A stretch of 64,000 nt of DNA from an uncultured Myxococcales bacterium (lineage in GTDB: Bacteria > Myxococcota_A > UBA9160 > SZUA-336), in NCBI GenBank assembly GCA_964454165.1, contig CAYVQJ010000084.1, positions 44,077 to 108,076 on the forward strand. Reading direction: 5' to 3'. Below the pieces are notes generated by a model, which was not told the origin of the DNA, ran no database searches, and worked only from the letters and a program-made list of their open reading frames with translations. Below are positions 8,035 through 17,171 of the stretch, piece after piece. Both the position numbers and the translations under genes were made by a program. The stretch's first letter is position 1, and every line of letters begins with the position of its first letter.

Positions 8035-8886
8035 TCACGACGGCGGCATCTCCTGGAACTGCGGCAGCCCGTCGCTGATCTCGTACCACGGCGCCTTCGA
8101 GCCGACGTAGATGTTCGCCATGGGCCGCGCAATCGGGTCGTCGTCGAGGCCGCCCGCGGGGATCAGCACCAGCGGCGCCTGCTGGAACACGCGCGGCACC
8201 GGCGAAGCGCACTGGCGGCAGAACGAGTTCCCGAAGAACTGCGCGCCCGCCAGGAAGAACTCCTTCACCTGCTCCTTGCCCGAGAGCCAGCGGAACGCCT
8301 GGTGCGTCACGAAGATCTGTGTCGAGAACGCTGCGCTGCGCGCCTTGCGGCAGCGCGAGCAGTGGCAGCTCCCCATGCGCGGCGGCACGCCGTCGGATTC
8401 CCACGTGACGGTCCCGCAGAGACAGCTCCCCGCGATCGTCCCCGTGCGCGCGAGCTTCGGTCGCGGCGGAGTCGGTAGCTTGGGGTCGGCCCAGCCGGCC
8501 GGCGTGATGTCGTACGCCGTCACGCCGTCTTGGATCTCGAACCACGGCGCCTTGGAGCCGACGTAGATGTGGGCGATGGAGCGCACGCCGGGATCGCCAT
8601 CGAGCAGGCCGGCCGGCATGAACAGGGCGTCGCCGTGCGGAGGTCCCGGGAGCTTGGAGCCGCAGACGGCGCAGAACGCGCGCTTCACTCCGGGTGACGA
8701 CTCGTAGTACGCCTGAGCGCCGTCGCCCTTCTTCCAGCGGAAGCCCGCCGTTGGCGCCCCGACGAAGGTGGAGAACGCGGCGCCGTGCAGCTTGCGGCAG
8801 AAGCTGCAGTGGCAGTGGCCCATCATGTGGAACGGGCCGTCGACCTCGAACGCGAAGCGACCGCAGACGCAGCTTCCGGTGACCAT
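8035..8886 (-). CDS. GFA-family (glutathione-dependent formaldehyde-activating / CENP-V-like) protein, duplicated domain
   Basis: Two repeats of the C-x-C-G...H-C-H-C-S-x-C-R zinc-binding GFA signature (CVCGRFAFEV...HCHCSFCRK and CLCGTVTWES...SCHCSRCRK). Confidence 0.85.
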   Translation of the reverse strand: MVTGSCVCGRFAFEVDGPFHMMGHCHCSFCRKLHGAAFSTFVGAPTAGFRWKKGDGAQAYYESSPGVKRAFCAVCGSKLPGPPHGDALFMPAGLLDGDPGVRSIAHIYVGSKAPWFEIQDGVTAYDITPAGWADPKLPTPPRPKLARTGTIAGSCLCGTVTWESDGVPPRMGSCHCSRCRKARSAAFSTQIFVTHQAFRWLSGKEQVKEFFLAGAQFFGNSFCRQCASPVPRVFQQAPLVLIPAGGLDDDPIARPMANIYVGSKAPWYEISDGLPQFQEMPPS

Positions 8887-8917
8887 CGAAGCCCTCCCCT
8901 CGAGAGGAGCCTCGATT

Positions 8918-10183
8918 CTACGCCGGGGAGAGTTCCAGGTGCTTCGGCCCGCGGACCAGGAAGGAGTCCACCAGCTCGGGCTCGCCCACCGCGCGCAGTC
9001 GGGGCAGGTGCGGCGCCAGCGCCTCGAGCGCCACGCGCGCCTCGAGCCGAGCGAGCGACGCGCCGAGGCAGAAGTGCTTGCCGAAGCCGAACGCGATGTG
9101 CCCCTGTGTGTCGCGGTCCAGGTCGAAGCGGTCGGGATCGGGAAAGCGCCGCTCGTCGCGGTTGGCCGAGCCGATCAGTGCGGCGACGATCGCATCCTTG
9201 GGGATGCACGTGCCCGCGATCTGCACGTCGGCGAGCGCCTTGCGGAACACGAGCTGGATCGGCGGATCCCAGCGCAGCGTCTCCTCGATCACTTGCGGCA
9301 CCAGCGCCGGATCGGCGGCCACGCGCGCGAGGGCTTCCGGGTGGCGCAGCAGCGCGCGCACGGCGTTGCCGATCAGGTTGGTCGTCGTCTCGTTCCCCGC
9401 GACCAGGAGCAACGCGACGAACTGCACCACCTCGCGGTCGCTGAGCCCGACCTCGCCTGCCTGGTTGCCGACGAGCACGCTGACCAGGTCGTCCGTCGGC
9501 GCACGCCGCCGCTGGTGTGCGATGCGCTTCATGTACGAGATCATCTGCGTGAGCGCGCGGCTGAACTCGAGCGAGTAGGGCGTAGCGCGGCCGGCGCCGG
9601 TGGCGTTGTGAATGATCGCGTCCGACCAGCGCTTGAAGTCGCGCTGGCGCTCGGGCTCCACGCCGAGCATCTCGGCGATGATCGTGACGGGGAGCGGAAT
9701 CGCCAGCTCGCCGACCAGCTCCAATCCCTGCCCGCGGCGCAGCTTCTCCAGGCAGGTGTCGACGACCTCCTGCGCGCGCTTCTCCCACGACGCGATCCGC
9801 CGCGGCGTGAAGCCGCGGTTCACGAGAGCGCGCAGCCCGGTGTGCCGCTCGCCGTCCTCCGCGATCAGGTTGCGCGCAGACGCGAACGTGAAGGGATTCA
9901 TGCGCGTGCGCAGGAACATCAGCCCGAGGAAGCGCACCACCGGCCACGAGAGCGGCGGCATCGCGTCCTGGCCGTTGTTCATCAGCATCATGAACATGGC
10001 GCGCGACGAGAACACGTCGTCGCGCCGCAGCACGCTCTGCACGTCGTCGTAGCGCGACACGCACCAGACGTTGGCGCCCGGCGCGAAGTGGACGGGCGCG
10101 CGGTCGCGCAGCTCGCGGAAGTGCGGATACGGATCGCGGCGGAGCTCGGGCAGGAACGGGTCGTAAGCGACGGGGCTGGTCAC
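8918..10183 (-). CDS. cytochrome P450
   Basis: Heme-binding loop FGFGKHFCLGASLA plus AGNETT I-helix and ETLR motifs. GTG start at 10183 with GGAGGA RBS 9 nt upstream, overlapping the upstream stop (GTGA). Track ORF extends further 5' as run-on. Confidence 0.9.
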   Translation of the reverse strand: MTSPVAYDPFLPELRRDPYPHFRELRDRAPVHFAPGANVWCVSRYDDVQSVLRRDDVFSSRAMFMMLMNNGQDAMPPLSWPVVRFLGLMFLRTRMNPFTFASARNLIAEDGERHTGLRALVNRGFTPRRIASWEKRAQEVVDTCLEKLRRGQGLELVGELAIPLPVTIIAEMLGVEPERQRDFKRWSDAIIHNATGAGRATPYSLEFSRALTQMISYMKRIAHQRRRAPTDDLVSVLVGNQAGEVGLSDREVVQFVALLLVAGNETTTNLIGNAVRALLRHPEALARVAADPALVPQVIEETLRWDPPIQLVFRKALADVQIAGTCIPKDAIVAALIGSANRDERRFPDPDRFDLDRDTQGHIAFGFGKHFCLGASLARLEARVALEALAPHLPRLRAVGEPELVDSFLVRGPKHLELSPA

Positions 10184-10485
10184 GGCTCGATCTCCTCCGG
10201 GAAGTCGTCGAACGGGAAGGGCGCCCGCTCCTCGTTGTACGTCACGTAGCGCCCCATACGGTAGCCATACGCGAGCACGCGGTTGGCGAAACGCCGCACC
10301 CGCTCGCTCGGCGGCGCCTTGGTCACGAATGCGACGATCAGGCTGAACGCGACCAGCGTGATCAGCACGGTCTCGACGACCTGGTAGATCAGAATGAAGA
10401 GCAGGCTCTTCACGAGCCGCAGCGTGGTCTCCGGCCGCTCGATCACACCATCCTCGAACTCCGAGCTCTCGACATGCTGGACCAT
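10180..10485 (-). CDS. small membrane protein (DUF4389-like), co-transcribed with the P450
   Basis: 101 aa from MVQHVESSEF...; two hydrophobic helices (LVKSLLFILIYQVVETVLITLVAFSLIVAFV); GAGGAG RBS 6 nt upstream of ATG 10485. Confidence 0.55.
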   Translation of the reverse strand: MVQHVESSEFEDGVIERPETTLRLVKSLLFILIYQVVETVLITLVAFSLIVAFVTKAPPSERVRRFANRVLAYGYRMGRYVTYNEERAPFPFDDFPEEIEP

Positions 10486-10619
10486 TGGTTTCTCCTCGCC
10501 ACAGGCTGACGCAATCCCCATGCCGGCCTCCAGGTCCCCGGGACCTCCGCCGTCGCATCGAGACGGCACAGGTGCAGTGCCAACCAGGCAGCTACCGCAG
10601 CCCCCGGCCGGCAATGGGT

Positions 10620-10731
10620 TGGAAACGAAGTTGGATCCGAGCTCACAGAGGCCAAGCGCATATCATCGATCAAGTACCTGAAATAGCTAATGGTAATTCT
10701 GTCCTCGGCCCTGCCTTGACTTGGAAACGAA
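10620..10731. repeat. Direct 12-mer repeats TTGGAAACGAAG (10620-10631 and 10720-10731) flanking an AT-rich ~85 bp stretch in the P450-operon/fic divergent intergenic region
   Basis: Seen directly. The AT-rich core (atatcatcgatcaagtacctgaaatagctaatggtaattctg) is anomalous in a ~72% GC background. Candidate promoter/regulatory region for fic. Confidence 0.35.
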
Positions 10732-10749
10732 GCGGAACATGATTGTGCC

Positions 10750-11937
10750 ATGGCTGTCCTCTACGAGCTGCCTCGAAGCTGGATTGGCTACGACCCCGCG
10801 ACCCTGCTCCAGCCGCTTTCCGAGGCAAAGGCTGCGCTACTGGCGTTGACTCAGATCCCCTACCAGCGGAGTTGGGCGGACGACCTGCAGCGCATCCAGC
10901 TCAAGCGCGAGGTGGCGGGAACATCGCGCATCGAGGGCGCCGAGTTCACCGAGATGGAGCTGGAGGCCGCGCTCCGGCAGACACCCGAGAACCTCGCAAC
11001 GCGCTCGCAGCGGCAGGCCGCGGCGGCCGTCGCCACCTACCGGTGGATTGCGAAGTTGCCGAGCGATCGCCCGATCGACGAAGCGCTGATCTACGACGTG
11101 CACCGCCGTCTCGTTACGGGTTGCGATGACGACCACTGTCCGCCGGGCATCCTCCGCGGCCGCGACCAGAACGTGACCTTCGGCACGCCGCGCCACCGCG
11201 GCGTCGAGGGCGGCGAGGCGTGCGCCGAGGCGCTGCGCGGACTCGTCGAGTCCACAGCCACGGGCTTCCGCGCACACGATCCGCTCGTGCAGGCATTGGC
11301 GCTGCACTACCACTTGGTGGCGATGCACCCGTTCCTCGACGGCAACGGCCGCACTGCTCGCGCGCTCGAAGCGCTGATGCTGCAGCGCGTCGGGCTGCGC
11401 GACACGCTGTTCATCGCGATGTCGAACTACTATTACGAGGAGAAGCCGGCCTATCTACAGGCGCTCAACGATACGCGCGCCGCGGGCCACGATCTCACGC
11501 CCTTCCTCCGCTTTGCGCTCAAGGGGATCGAGACGCAGTGCCGGCGGCTCTTCGGCGAGATCCGTCTCCACGTCGCCAAGGCTCTGTACCGCAACACCGT
11601 TGCGGATCTCTTCGGTCGGCTTCGGTCACCGCGAAAGCGCGTCATGTCTGCGCGTCACGTGCAGCTCCTGAACCTATTGCTCGACGAGGGTAGCCTGGCT
11701 CTGAGCGCACTCTCGAAAAGAGCGGCGCCTTTCTACGCGCTCAGGAACCCGGAAAAGGCGCTGGTACGCGACCTCAATTACCTGCTTCGCCTCGAGGCCA
11801 TTGCGTTCGTCTCCGAGGGCGACAGCTACATCTTTGGAATCAACCTCGACTGGCCGACGCAGATCACCGAGACGGAGTTCTTCCGCCGCGTGAAGGAGAT
11901 GCCCAAGGGCAAGGTCTACGGCTTCCTCTCGTCCTGA
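10750..11937 (+). CDS. fic: Fic family protein (AMPylase-type; Fic domain with C-terminal winged-helix region)
   Basis: Fic motif HPFLDGNGRTARAL. N-terminal TSRIEGAEFT matches the (S/T)xxxE(G/N) inhibitory-helix motif of class II autoinhibited Fic proteins. Confidence 0.9.
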   Translation: MAVLYELPRSWIGYDPATLLQPLSEAKAALLALTQIPYQRSWADDLQRIQLKREVAGTSRIEGAEFTEMELEAALRQTPENLATRSQRQAAAAVATYRWIAKLPSDRPIDEALIYDVHRRLVTGCDDDHCPPGILRGRDQNVTFGTPRHRGVEGGEACAEALRGLVESTATGFRAHDPLVQALALHYHLVAMHPFLDGNGRTARALEALMLQRVGLRDTLFIAMSNYYYEEKPAYLQALNDTRAAGHDLTPFLRFALKGIETQCRRLFGEIRLHVAKALYRNTVADLFGRLRSPRKRVMSARHVQLLNLLLDEGSLALSALSKRAAPFYALRNPEKALVRDLNYLLRLEAIAFVSEGDSYIFGINLDWPTQITETEFFRRVKEMPKGKVYGFLSS

Positions 11938-11949
11938 TCCCGCGAGCCG

Positions 11950-12762
11950 CTACCTGGTGCGATCGCCCTTCGTGCCCCGGAGCGCGAGGTCGACGCCCGG
12001 GAGGCGGCGCTCCGCGGGGCGCTCGCGCGGGTGGCCGCCCATGTGGGCGGTGACCAGGAAGTCGGCGAAGGCGGACTCCATCGCTGCGGAGAAGCCGACG
12101 AGGTCGTGCATCTTGTTGGTGGCGAGCTTGGCCATGCGCAGCGTGCCGTAGCCCTGCTCGGCGACACGGCGCGCCCACGCCAGCGTCTCGCGCTCCAGGT
12201 CCTGCTTCGGGTAGACGCGGTTCACGAAGCCGAGCGCGCGCGCCTCTTCGGCGTCGATGAAGCGGCTCTCGAACAGCAGCTCCTTCGCCTTGCGGAAGCC
12301 GACGTCGAACGGGATCGAGAAGTACTCCACCTGACCCGCGAGGAAGCGCGCGTCGGGCGAGGCGAAGATCACGTCCATCGCGGCGGCGATCATCCAGCCG
12401 CCGTAGATGCAGTAGCCGCTCACCATCGCGACCGTGGGCTTGGGCAGGTTTCGCCATTTGAGCGTGAGATCGAGGTTGTACTTGCGGAAGGCCTCGTACT
12501 CCTCGATGCCGACCCGCGGCGTGCCGCGCGCCTTGTAGTCGGCGATCTGCTCGGGCGTGCCCAGGTCGTGTCCGGCCGAGAAGTGGTCGCCCTCGCCGCG
12601 CACCACCGCGACGCGGATCGCGCGGTCCTGCTGTGCTCTGTCGAGCGCCACGTCGAGCTCGTCGAGCAGCTGCCAGCTCTGCGCGTTGCGGTAGCGCGGG
12701 CGCGCCAGCGTGACGAGCGCGACCGCCCCGTCGGTCTCGTAGCGAACGTCCTTCAGCTCCAT
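11950..12762 (-). CDS. enoyl-CoA hydratase/isomerase family protein
   Basis: 270 aa; NRPRYRNAQS, GDHFSAGHDL, crotonase fold pattern. Confidence 0.8.
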   Translation of the reverse strand: MELKDVRYETDGAVALVTLARPRYRNAQSWQLLDELDVALDRAQQDRAIRVAVVRGEGDHFSAGHDLGTPEQIADYKARGTPRVGIEEYEAFRKYNLDLTLKWRNLPKPTVAMVSGYCIYGGWMIAAAMDVIFASPDARFLAGQVEYFSIPFDVGFRKAKELLFESRFIDAEEARALGFVNRVYPKQDLERETLAWARRVAEQGYGTLRMAKLATNKMHDLVGFSAAMESAFADFLVTAHMGGHPRERPAERRLPGVDLALRGTKGDRTR

Positions 12763-12805
12763 CGGAGTCCTCCCGGAGTCGCCTCCGGGAGCACTCTACC
12801 CCGGG

Positions 12806-13132
12806 TCAGGTGTCGGAGGAGTCGTCGCGGGGCCAGCGGCCGCTGCGGAAGGCCGTGCCATTGACCCGGGGCTCCGCGAGCCGGAACGCGACGTGCGCGT
12901 AGGCCGGACCAGGTTCAGCGACGCGCGCAAGCGCGCCGTGCTCCTCCCAGACGTCGCGGCCGAGCTCGCCGACGCTTGCGCTCGACTCCAGCCAGAGGGC
13001 GGCCTCCGGGCTTTCCTCGAGGAGCCGCTCGGCGATGGCGCGGTCCCTGGGCGCGAGCTCGCCGTCGAGCAACGCGGACAGGAGCAGCGCCTCGTCTTCG
13101 CTGACGGGCGCCGCGAGTCGTCGTGGGCTCAC
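12806..13132 (-). CDS. anti-sigma factor (small, no obvious TM segment)
   Basis: GTG at 13132 overlapping the sigma-factor stop (GTGA); contains the LSALLDGEL anti-sigma N-terminal motif. Longer track ORF is out-of-context run-on. Confidence 0.55.
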   Translation of the reverse strand: MSPRRLAAPVSEDEALLLSALLDGELAPRDRAIAERLLEESPEAALWLESSASVGELGRDVWEEHGALARVAEPGPAYAHVAFRLAEPRVNGTAFRSGRWPRDDSSDT

Positions 13133-13668
13133 GGCGCGAAGCCCAGCGCAGTGAGCTCTCGCACGAGCCGCCCACGCGCAGCCGCAAGCGACGGGCCGAC
13201 CGTGTTCTGGCTGATTCCCCGGGTCTCCGCGATCGCCTTGTAGGACAAGCCGTCGATCTCCTTCAAGATCCAGATCTCGCGCTGCGCTTCGGGGAGCTCG
13301 GCGAGTGCCTGGAGCAGCGCGCGCCGAATCCGGGCGCAGCCGAGCTCGCGCTCGGGGTCGCTGGGATCCGCATCGTCGCCGAGGGCACGCGCATGCGGGC
13401 GCGCGACCCGCGCGCGCAGGTAGTCGAACGCGGCGTTGCGCGCGATGCGGCACACCCAGCCCGGAAAGCTGCCATCGACGCGCAGGCTACCCCGCTGCGC
13501 CCACAGCCGCTCGATGGCCTGCGAGGCGACGTCCTCGCGATCGGCGGGCGGGGCGATGTAGCGCAGCACGGCCTCGACCTGTCGCCGCGCGATCGACAGC
13601 GCCTGCGCGATCTGCGCCGAATCGAACGGTCGTCCGTGGTCGCGCGTCTCCGGCAAGCCCCCTCCCAA
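13129..13668 (-). CDS. ECF-family RNA polymerase sigma factor (sigma-70 regions 2 and 4)
   Basis: Region 2 (DVASQAIERLWAQRGSLR...FPGWVCRIARNAAFDYLRAR) and region 4 (ILKEIDGLSYKAIAETRGISQNTV) are recognisable; TTG start. Confidence 0.85.
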   Translation of the reverse strand: MGGGLPETRDHGRPFDSAQIAQALSIARRQVEAVLRYIAPPADREDVASQAIERLWAQRGSLRVDGSFPGWVCRIARNAAFDYLRARVARPHARALGDDADPSDPERELGCARIRRALLQALAELPEAQREIWILKEIDGLSYKAIAETRGISQNTVGPSLAAARGRLVRELTALGFAP

Positions 13669-13726
13669 CCGACGACAAGATAGACGTCGCCGGAGGCGGG
13701 ATCGTTAGAGCGAGCCGAACGGCGGC

Positions 13727-14134
13727 CTAGGCGCCGAGCCGGCCGCCGACGAACCCTACGACCTCGGCGGCCAGGTCGACCGCCGTCGCCGCGGCGTCGC
13801 GTGTATAGACGCGCGCGGGGATGCTGTCGGGCAGTCCGTTGGGATAGCGCGTCGGAACGTAGTAGCCGTCGAGGATCGCCCAACGGAGGACGTGCTCTCG
13901 GAGCGCCGGCTCGGCTTCTCCAGCCTCGTGGCAGAGCCGCTCGACGGAGTGGCCGAGGACGATCTCCTCACCTTGCGCGTAGCGCAGCGCCTTCAGGGCC
14001 TTCTCGGCCAGCTGCTGCGCGAGGAAGCAGGCGATGTGATAGCCGCCCTGTTCGGCCAGTGCGCGCGCCCAGCGCAGGTCCTCGACTGCCTGCTCGAGCC
14101 AGCGCCTGCCCTCTTCATGCGGGGTCCTTCTCAA
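13727..14134 (-). CDS. HEPN domain protein (toxin-type partner of the upstream MNT)
   Basis: 135 aa; [21 protein letters not shown] is the classic HEPN helix signature; overlaps the MNT gene 3' end by 20 nt. Confidence 0.8.
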   Translation of the reverse strand: MRRTPHEEGRRWLEQAVEDLRWARALAEQGGYHIACFLAQQLAEKALKALRYAQGEEIVLGHSVERLCHEAGEAEPALREHVLRWAILDGYYVPTRYPNGLPDSIPARVYTRDAAATAVDLAAEVVGFVGGRLGA

Positions 14135-14471
14135 CGAGCACTACCTCGCCGGCCAGCGCGTGCCGGAGGAACGGAAGGGAGCGCAGCCGCTCGAACTCGT
14201 CGGGCGTATAGCACAGCAGATCGGCGTCGACCGACAGCGCGAGAAGCGAATAGAGCTGCTCCAGGCGCTTGGCGATGGGCAGACTCGTCTCCATCACCAC
14301 GAGGATGTCGAGATCGGTCAGCAGATCCGCGCGCCCGCGTGCATACGAGCCGAACAGGCTCACGCGGCGGACGTCCGAGCGCGCGCCGAGGCGCTCGCGA
14401 ACCACGCTCACCGCTTCCTCGAGACGGCGCCGGTACGCCGCTCGCTTCTGACTCAGCCCGTGCTCCATCAT
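14115..14471 (-). CDS. minimal nucleotidyltransferase (MNT), antitoxin-type partner of HEPN
   Basis: [21 protein letters not shown] = GS-x-ARG...D-x-D nucleotidyltransferase motif. Confidence 0.85.
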   Translation of the reverse strand: MMEHGLSQKRAAYRRRLEEAVSVVRERLGARSDVRRVSLFGSYARGRADLLTDLDILVVMETSLPIAKRLEQLYSLLALSVDADLLCYTPDEFERLRSLPFLRHALAGEVVLVEKDPA

Positions 14472-14514
14472 CGCAGCCCTTCTGGATCTGCACCGAAGGT
14501 AGCGAGCAGCCCCT

Positions 14515-15591
14515 TCAGGCGATCGGGAGGCGCCGGCCGCCGCTCGCGAGCTCGATGTCGCTGAACTCGGCAGCCCCTTCGCCGTGCTGGAACAGCGCGA
14601 CGGAGATCAGCCAGATCGCGACCACGCGCCGGGGCGGCGCGCCGATCGCGCGCGCGTAGTCGGCGCAGAGGGCGCGCTGCTCGCGCTGCCACGCGCCTAG
14701 CCCGTCGCTGCCGCTGCGCGTTACCAGGTGCGTCTCGCGCGGCGTCCACTGCGGGATCGGGCAGGCGAAGTGCGTCTCGGGCGGCAGGCAGGCGCTCCAG
14801 AAGTACGACAGGTCGCGCCCGTTCTCGAACTCGACCGCGAGCGACAGGTAGTCGTGCTGCAGGAGCTGGTCCTCGGGCTTGGAGGACGGCAGCTCGCGCA
14901 CGCGCCAGCGCCACGCGACCTGCGTGTCGGGCGCAAGCTCGAAGTCGACGGGACGCCGCAGGATCGCGACGTCGTCGCGCAGGTGCGCTGCGATGCCGGG
15001 GCGACCGTCGACGTCGATCGAGCGGTAGGTCTCGCTCTGGCCCAGGAACCACAGGTACTCCCAGCCCGCGGGCGCCTCGATCGGCGCGACCAGGCGCGCG
15101 AGTTCGGCGGCCATCCGCGGCTCTTCGGGCGCGACGCGCCGCAGCGCCTCGAGCCCGGCGCGCGCGCTCCCGCGCCAGCGCAGGATCACCACCTCGAGCT
15201 CGCCGGAGAGCGCAGCGTACGCCTCGGCCGGCGTCGCGAGCGCGCCGTCGCGCGACGACCACTCGCCCTGATAGATGGCCAGCTCGAGCGGCCCGTCGTG
15301 GGGCGCGCGGAAGGTCTGCGTGTCGGCCTGCCCGCTCCAGATCGGGCCGCGCCCGCCCACTCGCGCCCAGAGTGCGTAACGCGGCCGCGACCAGAGCCCG
15401 GCGTCGGCCAGGATCACGACCCGTCCGCTGGCGAGAATGCTGACTTCCTCACCGCGAGCGACGCGGACGCCGGTGTCGCGCCACGGTGGCGTGTTGGCGG
15501 GCACGCAAAGCGTGCGCAGCTCCGCGACGTTCCGTACGCGCTCCGCATCGGTCAGCCGCGCGATCAGCCGTTCCCAGTGCGCCTGCAGCAT
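14515..15591 (-). CDS. hypothetical two-domain protein (C-terminal DUF3047-like region)
   Basis: 358 aa from MLQAHWERLIARL (ATG 15591); C-terminal HDYLSLAVEFENGRDLSYFWSA pattern resembles DUF3047. Track ORF N-terminal extension is Arg-rich run-on. Confidence 0.45.
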   Translation of the reverse strand: MLQAHWERLIARLTDAERVRNVAELRTLCVPANTPPWRDTGVRVARGEEVSILASGRVVILADAGLWSRPRYALWARVGGRGPIWSGQADTQTFRAPHDGPLELAIYQGEWSSRDGALATPAEAYAALSGELEVVILRWRGSARAGLEALRRVAPEEPRMAAELARLVAPIEAPAGWEYLWFLGQSETYRSIDVDGRPGIAAHLRDDVAILRRPVDFELAPDTQVAWRWRVRELPSSKPEDQLLQHDYLSLAVEFENGRDLSYFWSACLPPETHFACPIPQWTPRETHLVTRSGSDGLGAWQREQRALCADYARAIGAPPRRVVAIWLISVALFQHGEGAAEFSDIELASGGRRLPIA

Positions 15592-15608
15592 CTTGCTTCT
15601 TCCTCGCC

Positions 15609-15959
15609 TCAGTCGAGAGGGATGAAGAGCGAGCGGCGGGGCTTTCCGTCCACTGAGCGGCTGATGTGGCCGCGGCCGGTGGTGTCTTCGGCGAGCAGGA
15701 TCGAGCCGGGGCCGAGTCGTCGCTTCTCGCCGCTGCCGACCTCGATCTCGACCTCGCCGTCGAGGTTGATCACGAGCTGGCGGCGCGGCGCGTTGTGCCA
15801 GTCCAGCAGGTAGTCGCCGTCGGTCTCGCGGAAAATCACGCTCGACGCCTTCCACGCGCTCGAGATCCGGCCCATCGCGCCGCGATCGACCAGCGGGACG
15901 TCCACGTCCTCGAAGTGCGACTCGCCGTCGGCCCCGGTGTAGATCCGCAACAGCTTCAC
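15609..15959 (-). CDS. cupin-domain small protein
   Basis: 116 aa from VKLLRIYTGADGESHFEDVD...; beta-rich cupin-like pattern. GTG start overlaps the upstream hydrolase stop (GTGA). Confidence 0.55.
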   Translation of the reverse strand: MKLLRIYTGADGESHFEDVDVPLVDRGAMGRISSAWKASSVIFRETDGDYLLDWHNAPRRQLVINLDGEVEIEVGSGEKRRLGPGSILLAEDTTGRGHISRSVDGKPRRSLFIPLD

Positions 15960-17113
15960 AGTGAGTCGTAGAGCGCGCCGTACAGCGCCTTGGGCCGCGG
16001 GTCGATCAGCCAGATCCCGTTCTTCATCTGGTTCATCGCGTAGCCGAAGCCGAGCTTCGCGTCGGGATCGGCGAAGCCGAGCGAGCCGCCGGCGCCGCCG
16101 TGACCGAACGAGCGCGGGTTGGGGCCCAGCTTCTCTGCGTCCGTCGAGATGAAGAAGCCGAGGCCGAGGCGCGTCGTGAGCGGCAGCACGGCGTCGGGGC
16201 CGTTCGACTGCTCGACCCAGGCGCGGGAGATCGTCTCGGGGCGCAGCAGCTCGACACCGTCCTGTGTTCCGCCGCGCCCGAGTGCGCCGTAGATCCGGGC
16301 GAGCGAGCGCGCGTTCGAGTGGCCGTTGGCGGCAGGCAGCTCCGCGGCGCGCCAGGCGCGGGAGTTCGCCATCTCGGGCGCGAACGGCGGATTCGTGAAC
16401 GCCTTGGCCGCGACGCCTTCCGGGTCCTTCATCAGCTCCGCGAACAGGTTGGGCAGGTTCGGGTCGATCGGCTCCGGGATCAGCTCTGCGACGCGCGCGT
16501 CGAGGCCCGGGCCGAAGCCGATCTCGAAGTCGACGCCGAGCGGGCCGGCGATCTCGCGGCGCACGTACGTGCCGACCGACACGCCGGTGATGCGGCGCAC
16601 GACCTCTCCCACGAGCCAGCCGAACGTCAGCGCGTGGTAGCCGTGGCGAGTGCCGGGCGTCCACCAGGGCTTCTGCTCGGCGAGCGCCTCGGTCATGGCG
16701 CTCCACGAGTACAGGGCCTCGGGCGCCAGCGGCTTCTGCACCGCTGGCAGTCCGGCGCGGTGCGAGAGCAGCCAGCGCACCGGGAGGGTGGCCTTGCCGG
16801 CCTGCGCGAACTCCGGCCAGTAGCGCGCGACGGGAGCGTCGAGATCGAGCAGCCCGCGCTCGACCAGCCGCAGCGCCGCGAGCGCGGTGATGCCCTTGGT
16901 GGTCGAGAACACGTTCACGAGCGTGTCGCGGTCCCAGGGTCGCGTGCGGCTGGCGTCGGCGTGACCGGCCCAGAGGTCGATTACCGTTCTGCCGTCGAGC
17001 ACGGCGGAGACCGACGCCCCCGTCTCCTCGCCCTGTGCAAAGTGCGCGGCGAACACCTCCTGGACGCGCTTGAACCGGGGATCACAGCTGCCGTGGATCT
17101 CGAGCGCCGGCAT
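15956..17113 (-). CDS. serine hydrolase, class C beta-lactamase / EstB-like esterase family
   Basis: S-x-x-K active-site motif (FSTTKG), YxN-like and HGGxG regions (FGHGGAGGSLGFADP). Confidence 0.85.
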   Translation of the reverse strand: MPALEIHGSCDPRFKRVQEVFAAHFAQGEETGASVSAVLDGRTVIDLWAGHADASRTRPWDRDTLVNVFSTTKGITALAALRLVERGLLDLDAPVARYWPEFAQAGKATLPVRWLLSHRAGLPAVQKPLAPEALYSWSAMTEALAEQKPWWTPGTRHGYHALTFGWLVGEVVRRITGVSVGTYVRREIAGPLGVDFEIGFGPGLDARVAELIPEPIDPNLPNLFAELMKDPEGVAAKAFTNPPFAPEMANSRAWRAAELPAANGHSNARSLARIYGALGRGGTQDGVELLRPETISRAWVEQSNGPDAVLPLTTRLGLGFFISTDAEKLGPNPRSFGHGGAGGSLGFADPDAKLGFGYAMNQMKNGIWLIDPRPKALYGALYDSL

Positions 17114-17171
17114 GAGGCCTCCTCCGTGAATGCGCGCATCCTATCAGCGGGATGCGCCTCGGAGGGGTGCT

